DNA of 64,000 nucleotides, from positions 1 through 64,000 of the forward strand of contig JBMNHG010000006.1 in assembly GCA_050950285.1 (NCBI GenBank), written 5' to 3'. This document shows positions 21,448-31,056 of the stretch, piece by piece (the first letter of the stretch is position 1; every line of letters starts with the position of its first letter). The notes beneath the pieces are model-generated. The model saw nothing but the letters and a program-made list of their open reading frames with translations, did no database searches and had not been told where the DNA came from. Position numbers and translations under genes: made by a program. This DNA comes from Kiritimatiellia bacterium. GTDB taxonomy: Bacteria; Verrucomicrobiota; Kiritimatiellia; RFP12; JBMNHG01.

Positions 21448-21834
21448 ATGCAAAAACGCACTTACTGGTATTGGGGCGGAACGCTCGGAACGCTCATTAT
21501 CATTGGATGTGCCCTAATTGTCTTACAGGGGGACACAATAACACCAAAGGACAGGACGATTGGAAACTTAGGGCGGATTGAGTTCCTCCTTGTTGAGTTT
21601 GTTGATGCGTTTTCGCACTTCCCTGACACATTAACCGAACTGACTAATTCCCTAACGTCTAGTTTTCAACTGGACGATGGGTGGGGCCACCCCATTTGCT
21701 ACATAAAAACGAATGACATTGTAATCTTGCGCAGTTATGGGAAAGATGGATTGCCCGGTGGAAGTGGTGACAATGCGGACATTGATCTCCATTGTCGAAT
21801 ACGGCTTGGGCCAACCCTTGAAGAGATCAAATAA
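21448..21834 (+). CDS. Membrane-anchored GspG(T2SSG)-like domain protein in the immunity position
   Basis: N-terminal TM, then DGWGHPICY...LRSYGKDGLPGGSGDNADI, resembling the GspG C-terminal DPWG...SxGxDGxxGGxGxxADI. There is no prepilin G/FTLxE motif. Confidence 0.7.
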   Translation: MQKRTYWYWGGTLGTLIIIGCALIVLQGDTITPKDRTIGNLGRIEFLLVEFVDAFSHFPDTLTELTNSLTSSFQLDDGWGHPICYIKTNDIVILRSYGKDGLPGGSGDNADIDLHCRIRLGPTLEEIK

Positions 21835-21940
21835 CAACATGCCAAGAGGTTTTAAAGGGTATTTGATGTTTGAAATCACGGACGGGAAGGTTGTCCTCCT
21901 TTTTGAAGAGTACTATGAAATGCCTTCGGGTTTCAGATAA
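21835..21940 (+). pseudogene. 3' fragment of a third copy of the Tle1 immunity lipoprotein gene
   Basis: Almost identical to 10383-10487 (NMPRGFKGYLMFEITDGKVVLLFEEYYEMPSGFR*). Confidence 0.9.
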
Positions 21941-21947
21941 ACCGATT

Positions 21948-22228
21948 CACTAGCATCCCATAGGCTTGCCGGAATCACTCCGGCCTTCACCCGTTGGAAG
22001 TCAGCGCACGCGCTCAAGACGAGAGCGTCAGACCGGATTGAAAAAAAGGTCTGACCTCCTGGCCGTCTGCTTGTAACCTACAGGCATTATGAAAAAAAGC
22101 GACCAAGGCGCGTAAACGCGCAACCGAGAGGCCAGCGAGAACATCGTACACCACCCTGCGTCAGAGCGTCCAGTGGATTCCCGCGGGATTGCCGGACAAG
22201 ATCGCGCGCTCCGCCGGGGTCCGGGCGT
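21948..22228 (+). mobile_element. Truncated left end of a related IS4-family element
   Basis: Starts with the same IR CACTAGCATCCCATAGGC, repeats the pre-ATG sequence TGTAACCTACAGGCATTATGAAAAAA, and encodes degenerate VYTTLRQSVQWIPAG. Confidence 0.8.
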
Positions 22229-22489
22229 CCCACTGCGCGAAAACATCCGCCACATTCTTGATGGTGAGCTTTCTGCCCGAGGCCTCCACCCTGGCAAGCG
22301 CCGCGTCGACCGCCTCCCGGAGCCCGGCGGTCAGCCGTCCGTAGACCCCGTCCGCTGCGACCAACCAGCGGACCTCCGCCTCTCCAGGCTCGCGGCCAGC
22401 TCGTCCGGCGGCAGATTCGGGAACGCCGACATCGGCACCCCCGCCGCCTTCGCCGGAATCAAGATTGCCGCCGTGCTTCTGGAAAAGGT

Positions 22490-24047
22490 CACTAGCATCC
22501 CATAGGCGGACCGGCAACCGGACGGTTCCCGCAGTTGGCACACTTTAGGGGCGGGGAGTTGCCTCTAAAGATTTTCAAAAAAGTGTCGGCTTCGGAGGCG
22601 TCTGCCTGTAACCTACAGGCATTATGAAAAAACGACTCCCCCAATTGCTTGGGTTCGCGCCTCCGAAACCGACGAAGACAGTGTACACCGTGCTGCGGCA
22701 GCTCGTCCAGTGGATTCCCGCCGGGATGATCCAGCGGCTCGCCGAAGAGTATAAGCTCGACATCCGCAAGTGGTCGGCGGTGAGCCATGTGGTCGCGCTG
22801 ATGTACGGCCAGCTCGCGGGCTGCGACAGCCTCAACGGGATCGTGGACGCGGCGCGCGTCCACGAGAGCGAGTGGCGCAACATCCGGGGGGCGCAGCCGC
22901 CGAAGCGCAACACGTTCTCCAACGCGAACCGGCACCGCGACGCGGCCATGGCCGAGCGGCTGTACTGGGAGGTCTTCGACCATCTGGTCACCGTCTGCCC
23001 GGGGTTCGGGCAGTACAAGAGGCACAAGGGCTTCCTCGCGCGGATGAAGCGCGGCATCTTCGCCATCGACTCCAGCACGATCAAGCTGTGCCTGAACTGC
23101 ATCGACTGGGCGCGGCACCGCAGGAAGAAGGCGGCGGCGAAGCTGCACATGAACCTCGACGTGGGCAGCCGCCTGCCCGCCGCCGTCGTCGTGGAGGACG
23201 CGGGCCACCACGACTCCACCCGCGCGAAGGCGCTCTGCGCCGGGCTGAAGGCGGGCGACGTGTGCCTCGCCGACCGTGCCTACACGGACTTCTCCTTCCT
23301 CGCCGACCTGCGGGCGCGCGGCATCTTCTTCGTGGTCAGGCAGAAAACGAACATGAAGTTCAAGCGCGTCAAGCGCCTGCCGGAGAGCCGGGACGCGGGC
23401 ATCGTCGGCGACGAACTCGTCGAGCCCGCCCTCGCCCGCTCCAAAAAGCTCTATCCCGTCCCCCTGCGCCGCGTGACCGCGAACGTCGAGGTGAACGGCA
23501 AGATGAAGGAGATGACTTTCCTGACGAACAACCTCGGCTGGAGCGCGCGCACCATCGCGGAACTGTACCGGGCGCGGTGGGCCGTCGAGCTGTTCTTCAA
23601 GGAAATCAAGCAGACCTGCCAGATCCGCGACTTCGTAGGGTACAACGAGAACGCGGTCAAGTGGCAGATCTGGACGGGGATGCTCGTGCATCTCCTGCTG
23701 CGGTTCATGAGCCATGTCGCGGACTGGAAGCTGAGCTTCTCGCGCCTCGCGGGCGTCGCGCGCGCGGCGGTGTGGGTCAAGCGCGACCTGATTGAGATGC
23801 TCAAAATCTATGGGACAGCACCGCGGCCAAAACCGGGTGAATCCCGCGAAAAACCCCCGCCCATACAGGCCTTTTTCGATTTCTGGCGGCTCGACTATGG
23901 GACAGCAGGGCCGTAAAACCCAGTAAAAACGCGAAACGGCCGGTCGCTCCGGGAAAACCTCAAACCTGAAACCACAAAAAAGACATCAAAAACCCAAGCA
24001 AATCCGCATGGGTAAGGGTGAATTGTGCCGCCTATGGGATGCTAGTG
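22490..24047 (+). mobile_element. IS4-family insertion sequence
   Basis: Perfect 20-bp IR CACTAGCATCCCATAGGCGG (22490-22509 and 24028-24047). 9-bp target duplication GGAAAAGGT (22481-22489 and 24048-24056). Confidence 0.95.
22624..23916 (+). CDS. IS4-family transposase
   Basis: FAIDSSTI, AKLH, LADRAYTDF, FLTN, IAELYRARWAVELFFKEIKQ (Y-R-E-K signature), NENAVKWQIW. Confidence 0.95.
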   Translation: MKKRLPQLLGFAPPKPTKTVYTVLRQLVQWIPAGMIQRLAEEYKLDIRKWSAVSHVVALMYGQLAGCDSLNGIVDAARVHESEWRNIRGAQPPKRNTFSNANRHRDAAMAERLYWEVFDHLVTVCPGFGQYKRHKGFLARMKRGIFAIDSSTIKLCLNCIDWARHRRKKAAAKLHMNLDVGSRLPAAVVVEDAGHHDSTRAKALCAGLKAGDVCLADRAYTDFSFLADLRARGIFFVVRQKTNMKFKRVKRLPESRDAGIVGDELVEPALARSKKLYPVPLRRVTANVEVNGKMKEMTFLTNNLGWSARTIAELYRARWAVELFFKEIKQTCQIRDFVGYNENAVKWQIWTGMLVHLLLRFMSHVADWKLSFSRLAGVARAAVWVKRDLIEMLKIYGTAPRPKPGESREKPPPIQAFFDFWRLDYGTAGP

Positions 24048-24747
24048 GGAAAAGGTCGCTCTGCAGCTCCACCACATACATGTCGCCGCCGTCCCGGTCT
24101 TCCGCCGCCACGCGCGCCCAGCCGAACGCCCCGCCCGGATAGTCGGAAAAGTGATTGCGCCCGTACCCGTGCTCGGTCCCCGGCGTGCCCAGCAGCAGCG
24201 AGTACGCCTTCATCTTCCGCTTCCATCCGGACCCGAACACGTTTTCCAGGCCGTAATCCGCGAATTTTACGACCGGACGCGACTCGATATGCAGAATCTC
24301 GCCGTCCGCCGCAGCCCTCACCTCCGCCATCGGAACGCGCTTGGCCCCATGCGCGAACACGCGGTCGAGCGCGGACGATATGATGCGCTTCTCGATCTGC
24401 TTGGTCCCCGGCTTGTTCAGCAGCTGCTCGACCTGCGGGCGAGACACTTCGCGCCCTTCCAGCGCGCGGAAGTGCGGCGCATTCCACAAGGCCAGCGTCG
24501 GCCCATCGCCCGCTCCCACAGCCGGAGACATGAGAGAGAAGCGCACGTCCGGCGTCTCGGGGTTCGCCCACTCGCCGGGCGGGATCAGGCGGCCGAAGTC
24601 GTCAAGCTGGAGAGGGTCGGCGTACTCGCGCACCATCTCCGCGAGCCGCGCGTAGGCTTCTGGATGCTCCAGCTTCCACGCCTCGACGACGGCGCGCCAG
24701 GACGTCCACGTCCGGAGCCGCGTCGAGCGCCTCCTGAAGCCCGGCGG

Positions 24748-25262
24748 TCAGTTGCCCGTAGAGCCGCCCCGCCGCGATGCTCCAGCGCTTCTGCGCCTCT
24801 CCAGACTCGCGCTCAGCTCGTCCGGCGGCAGATTCGGAAACGCCGACATCGGAATCCCCGCCGCCTCCGCGTCCTCCAGAACCGCGTCCAGCAGCTTGTC
24901 CACCGCCCCCGGAACCTCCAGCGGGGGCGAGGAGGGACGGCCACGCAGCGTCTCCCCCGGCCACTTGCCGAGGATCACCGACGACGACCCGCCATCTTGG
25001 CCGACTCGATCTTCTCCTTCAGGCTGTGGCTCTCCTCGACGATCCCCCGCTCGAACGGAACCGGGTAGTCGAAGACGAACCACTTCTCCGCCTCCTCCAG
25101 CCTCCGCCGAAGCTCCGGCGGCCTGTCCAGCCGCGTCCACACCTCCTCCAGCGCCCTCTGCAGCGGGAGCAGCTCCGGCCAGTCCCGCTCCGCGTCCACC
25201 TCCCGCAGCCACGTCGTCGGATACTTCGCCTCCACCGGCCTGTTGCCCAGATTCATCCTCAT
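24748..25262 (-). CDS. Hypothetical protein nested in an alternative frame of the polyvalent-protein gene (one probable frameshift near 24975)
   Basis: Strong AGGAGG RBS before ATG 25262 and globular composition (MRMNLGNRPVEAKYPTTWL...), while the host frame is Gly/Ala low-complexity over the same interval. Confidence 0.55.
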
Positions 25263-25910
25263 AGCCTCCTGCTCGTATGCCTATCGTTTCCTTGCGGCCC
25301 GCCCCGATTGCCTTCGAGACGGAGCCTATTCTGTCAAAATTCCGCGCGATGCGCAAGTAAATCGGCAGCGCCTGCGCAAGCACGTCCGGACGCTTGGCCG
25401 CGCCGTCGCCGTCGCCGTCCGTCTTCTCGAACGTGAACGTCTCGTCCGTGTAGACCATCGCGTGGCCTGCGGCGCGGATGCGCTCCAGCAGGGACGCCGT
25501 CCGTCGGTAGAGGGCGACGCCGTGCGACTCGGGCTTGACCTTCTCGAACGACACGGCGCCGTCCTTGCCGACGCGCCGCTCGTAGCCCTCGTAGCCCGTC
25601 GTGTCCACGTAGGGCGGATCGACGAACGAGATCACGTCGTCTCCGCGCGCGACCTCGGCGGCGAACGAGTCGCCCTGCTTGATCGTGACCTTGCCGCCCT
25701 TGACGCGCGTGAACTCGTCGTGGACGCGCCAGAGCGCAAGGCCGTTCTTTTTTGCCGTGGTGGCGATGTCTTGTCTGAACCGTCGCTTGAACCACTCCGC
25801 GCGCTCTTCGTTCGGCAGGTCGCGCGTCTTCTTCTTGCCGTCGACGACCACCGTCTGGCTCGGGTCGTTGTTCGCCCGGTCGCCGCTTGCGCGTTCGCGA
25901 ACAACTGCAA

Positions 25911-25929
25911 GGGGGGGGGGGGGGGGGGG
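25911..25929. repeat. G19 homopolymer
   Basis: 19 consecutive G between unrelated coding regions. Confidence 0.95.
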
Positions 25930-26023
25930 CGCATGTGAAAAAGGATGGTCGCAGGCGGTCGCGAATCGCGAGGGTCGGGCCAAGGGAAACCCTTCTATCG
26001 CGGCCCGAAAGAGTCGTGCCCGT

Positions 26024-28190
26024 TTATTGCGTCAACCGATCATAATCGGCGCGCGAGAGCAGATAGACGGGCGAAGACGAGAGGTGCAGCGATACGCATC
26101 CGTCTGTTTCCCGCGCAGCTGGACGGACACGTCCGACGACATCCACGGAAACGAGTTCGCCCTCCGGCGGCTTGAGCGTGAACCACTCTCCTCCCGGATG
26201 TGTCGACCACGCCATGACGGTTGGGCCGAACCGTGCGGCTTGCATGTGCTTCGATCCGGTTGTGATCCGTTCATACGGCAGGCCATCCGTGAGCGCCACA
26301 GCCGTGTAAAGGGCGGCTTCGGCCGGGAAATGGGCGATCGGGATGTCGCCGCCATCCGACGTCTTCACCCACGGGATAAGGTGCGCGATCTGCAAGTAGT
26401 TCGTGGCCGATCCAGCCCAGGCCGTCAGCTTAGCGACCATATCCGCCTGCCACCGTCTGGCATCGTCGCCGTGGCTGCACCGCGCCCCGCATTCGCCCAG
26501 ATAAAAAAGCTTGTCGTTCTCGCGTCCCAACGCCGAACGATAAGCGACTTCCACGCCACATCCCGATTCGTCTTCGGAATTCGTGATGTGGCGGTCGCCC
26601 AATTTCGGCGGATGTTGCGGATACGCATGCACATCCCAAACGTCCACATAGCGTTCCATTCCATTCGCGAGACATCCTTTGAACCAGTCGCTGTTGCCAA
26701 CGCGAACGAGCGACCCTCCGGTGTAGACCGCCTCCGGCCTGATTGCCTTCACCGCCTCGTATTCCATCTTCGTGCGCGCCGTCCAGATCTCCGGAGTCTT
26801 CTTGAACTGCGGCCTCGATATGTCGATCTCATTCCAGGCCTTGAAGATCCGTGTGTACGGCGCGGCGTTGCTCACCGCCGCAAGTTTGCCGATGAAATTT
26901 TCCGACCCCCAGGGGTCGAGGAAATCGGCCGTCATGGTGATTCCCCTCGCCGCCGCCTTCGGCCAGATGTTCGTGTCGGACGCCGAACCGCCGACGTTGT
27001 GGAGAATCCCCATGCGCTCCATCCACGTGAAGATGCCGTCGGAGTTCGCGCCGTTCACCCAGTAGAAGCAGCTCGCGGTCTTCATCTTCCCCGCGCGGTA
27101 GCGTTCCCGCATGGACACCGTGCCGCCGATCACCGAGAAACCATCCGCGGGGAAGACGAAGATCCTCCGTCCTTCCGTGTCGTTGAATGGTCGTGTGGAT
27201 CGAATAATAACCCGTCTCGCCAGCCGTACACAGGGCGGCCGTGTTCGTGCCGGGGACTGTGATCGGATAGGTGATGCGCGCTGTCTCCCGGCCGTCGAAA
27301 TCGCGCACGACCTGTTCGACAACCGCATCGAACGTTTCCGGACAAGCGGGAATCAGGGTCTCCTGCCGCGTATCTTCCTGCGTGGATTTTGGCTTCTTGG
27401 ACTTCGCCCACGGATAATGGATCGCTGTCGTCACCGACAGGTTTTCGCCCGGATGCGGCAGGTTCGCCACTGCGGAAACATTGACGATCGCGTTCATCTG
27501 CCCGAGCGCATTGCGTGCAACGGGATCCGTTTCCGGATCGTTCACGTCCGAGGCGAGCCCGGCCGCATCCTTGAATTCCGCATCGAAGAATATCCGCTCG
27601 CCTGCCTGCTGCCGGGTGTAGAGCTTGAGCATCACGAAATTGACTCCCGCCTTGAGGGGGATCGGGAGCGTACTCGTAAGACATCCGACCTCGATATCGA
27701 CCGTTCGTTCGTTGCCTTGGTCGGTGATGCCGACGGTTTTCCCCTTTCGTTTCCGCCGGAGACGGTTCGTCTCTTCCACACGCACGCCGTTCACGAACGC
27801 GCATGTTGCGTATCCGCTTTGCGTCACTTCCAGGTCAACTGTTTTCGCCTCGTCCGATTCCACGTACAGCGCCGCATAGGAACATCCCCTTGCCCATGTG
27901 AAGTCGCCGCCCTCCTCGGCGATGACGTACCCCGCATCGGTTCGCACGACCCCCGTCCAGTTGGTCCAGCATGTCGCATCAAACCGTTTCACCGGCACGG
28001 CATCGCCCGCACACGGCCGCACTTCGTTGTCGAAATCGACACCCAGAAGCATCAGTCCCGCCGGTCCCGCCCACGTCCCGGCGCACAACCACTCCTCCGC
28101 ACGCCCATCCGTGATCGGCCTCATCCCCGCATCGACGCCATCACACAGGATGACGGAAGCGATCACGGCAAGCCCTGCATATCGAAACAT
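26024..28190 (-). CDS. Secreted putative glycoside hydrolase (clan GH-A TIM barrel) with an N-terminal beta-sandwich; frameshift near 27185
   Basis: Signal peptide MFRYAGLAVIASVILCDGVDA. AWNEID (acid/base), YEAVKAIRPEA, DVWDVHAY and FYLGECG (nucleophile). Joined from ORFs 26829..28190 and 26024..27328. Confidence 0.7.
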
Positions 28191-28203
28191 ACGAAGCCTC
28201 CCA

Positions 28204-30805
28204 TTATCGGATGCTGAACAGAAATCCGTTTGAGGGGACTTCGTAACGGATGATCACGACACCGCTTCCACCCCTGGCCCCGGCTGCGGCCGTGTGCCCC
28301 GAATGCCCTCCTCCTCCTCCGCCGCCGCCTGTGCCCGGCGTACCCTCCACCGCCGCGACGGACAGCGCGATTCCGCCGTCGCCGCCGCCGCCGAGACCTC
28401 CTTGGGGATGGATCCCTCCGGAACCGTGTCCGCCGCCGCCGCCGCCGCCGTACCATTTCAGCTCGCCGGAGAAATCGCACGCCACGCCATCACCGCCGAC
28501 TTCCAAGGTTCCGATGCCGTCCGCACCGCCGCCAGACCCGCCGTATGCGTTCACATTGATACTGTCGTATGTCCCCTTGCAGCCGCCGAACCCGCCCCAC
28601 TCTTCACGTCCTGATCCCGCATCGGGCACACTCGCTTCCGACAGGTTGCTCCGTCCGCCGCCACCACCGGAAGCGCCGATGCCGCCACTGACGTTGCAAC
28701 CGCCGCCGTATCCGCCTCCCGGAACATAGTAGTTCGCAAAAATCGAGGCTCCACCAGACTCGCCGCAGGTCGAGCCGCCAATAGGATTTGCAGATCCCGC
28801 GCCGCCTCCCGGACCACCGGCGCCGACCGTAACGGGATACGTTCCCGGCGAGAGAACGAGATTCGTGACGATCAAAACGCCGCCGCCGCCGCCACCGCCG
28901 CCGCCGTTGTTGCCGCCGCCGCCGCCGCCGCCCACGACGAGCAGCGAGACGCGGCCCCACGCGGGCATCGTGAACGTGTCGTTCCCGGTGAATGTGTGGA
29001 CACGATACCGGCGCCCGTTTTTCGAATGCGACGAAATCTCGCCGCCCTGCGCCTCCCGCGTCAGGTCGGGATAACCGAACTCAGCCTCACAGTAGCGGAC
29101 GACGACCTGGCCGGAACCGCCGGTTCCAGCGACCCCGGCCGCCCAACCCTGGTTCATCGCCTGTCCCGTCCCTCCTCCCCCTCCTCCAGAGAACGGTTCG
29201 GCGTCTTCGCCGATCGTTTGGGAAATCCCGCGTCCGCCGCCTCCCGGCACCCATGTGCGGTTCTGCGTGCCGTTGCCGCCTCCCGCGTAGTAAAAGGCAT
29301 GGCCGGAAACACGGTATAGCATGCCCGTTCCACCCGCGCCGCTGTTGATCCTGTTTCCGCTTGTGACATTGCCTCCCGGGCTTCCTATCCCGCCGCCGCC
29401 GCCCGCGCCGCCGTTGTTGTATCCCGTGCCGCCGACATTCCCTTGTCCCTCCGTACACGCGCCGCCCGGGGATGTCGTGCCGTTGTTGCGCGCGCCGCCG
29501 CCCCCTCCGGAACCTCCGGCTGCACCGCCAACGTTCGCACTGCCGCCGCGGCCGCCGCCGACCGCCGTGAACCCCAGCGCGGACCGAGTTTCCGCCGTTG
29601 GCGCCTGCGTCGCCGCCTCTGCCGACGACGATGTTATAGGTGCCGGCAGGAACCCTCAGCGCGTTCGTGTGGATAACGCCGCCCGCGCCTCCTCCGCCGC
29701 CGCGCGAACCGTTCGATCCTCCTCCGCCGCCTGCGACCATGAGGAGTTCCACTTCCGTTTCCTCCGAGAACGTGAGCTGTCCATCTGCAACGAACGATCT
29801 CGAGATGTATCCGTCGTCCCACACCGCAGTACCGCCCCAGGCCGTCACCTTCCCCGTCGACACATCGGCGCGCCCGGTGTTCTTCCAGCGCAACATCACG
29901 ACCCCGGAACCGCCCGGACCGCCGGGGTATCCCGTGTTGGCGTTCCGTCCGCCGCCGCCTCCGCCGCCGCCGGTCAGGTTCTCGCCCGCTCCGCCGGTTC
30001 TCGTGGAATATGCGCCGTCGCCGCCGCCGCCCAAACCGCCGGACCCGGCGACGGAAGAATTGCCGTTGCCGGTTCCTCCGCCGCCTCCGCCGCCATACTG
30101 TTTTTCGAGGCCGGTTATGGCACAGGCGAACCCGTTGCCGCCGTTCCCGCACTTGTAGACAGTGGTCGTCGTCGCGAAATCCTCGCTGATGACGAGGGTG
30201 ACGGTAGCGTCGCTGCCCAAGCCGCCGCCGCCGCCACCGCCGCCGCCGACCGCAGGGATGGTAAACCATGACGCCGTGTTGTCGTTCGTGCTTGCACCGC
30301 CGCTGTATCCCTGCCCGTCAGTGCCGGTTCCGCCAGGAAATGCCCGTTTGATGTTGTGGACGCCCCCGTTGCCGGCGCCGCCGCCACCTCCGGAACCGCC
30401 GTTGCCTCCGGCCGCCGCGACACCCCCGCCTCTACCGCCGCCGATCGCCGTCCACCCGAAAATCGAGGAGTCGCCGCCGTTGGCGTCACTGGCACCGCCC
30501 GTACCCACACACACGGTGTAATCGCCGCAGGAAACCAGATGGTTTGTTTCGAAAATGACGCCGCCTCCGCCGCCGCCACCGCCCGCATTCGAACCGCCGC
30601 CACCGCCACCCGCGACCACGAGGACATCCACCTCGCCCGGGCTCGTCACCGTGAACGACCCGTTGTTCGTGAACGTGAGGAGGTCGTATTCGCCAACCTG
30701 CGCCAGCACGGCCGTATCCGGGATATTCGCAATTTCGATGTTGCCGCCGAACACACCGCACGCACATGCGACCATCATGGTTCCGCACACCCTTGCTTTC
30801 TTCAT
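28204..30805 (-). CDS. Secreted glycine-rich repeat protein with three Gly-rich domains; frameshift near 29582
   Basis: AGGAGG RBS and signal peptide at 30805. Three units of xLxVxGGGGG...YGGGGGGG...GGSGxVxxR. Ends YEVPSNGFLFSIR*. Confidence 0.8.
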
Positions 30806-31056
30806 CGTTCGTCCTCCTGGTATTCCCCCGATGCTCCCGGTGGCATGACGAAGCACAATACGTCGTCATTGGAAAGGTTTGCACATTCCGAGATGTTTGT
30901 CCATCCTCTTTTTTTTTAACGACCAAGTGAACTTCTGTTTTTGCCGGGCGGGCGATGCCATGCTATGATGTGGTTTTGCATTTTGCATTTTTGCATGCCC
31001 CCCTTGGGGCACGTCCTCTTTTTGTTCCCGTATCCACCGTTTGTTTGGAATCGTCC

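Larger units (their letters stand above)
22229..25900 (-). pseudogene. Fragment of a phage/plasmid-type large polyvalent protein with a DNA adenine methyltransferase-like segment, interrupted by IS4 and frameshifts
   Basis: ISFVDPPYVDTTGY (N6-MTase motif IV), linker motifs DVRFSL and KRWSI, and FGWARV...MYVVELQSDLF continuing as QKHGG beyond the IS. There is an internal repeat (22310-22450 vs 24730-24870). Confidence 0.6.

Noticed and set aside
28250..30620. Pro-rich plus-strand ORFs and GCC triplet repeats
   Set aside because: They are the antisense reading of poly-Gly codons of the glycine-rich protein.
30972..31012. TTTTGCA repeats and a TGCCCC/GGGGCA hairpin upstream of gltX as a riboswitch or T-box
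   Set aside because: Too short, with no recognisable conserved leader motifs.
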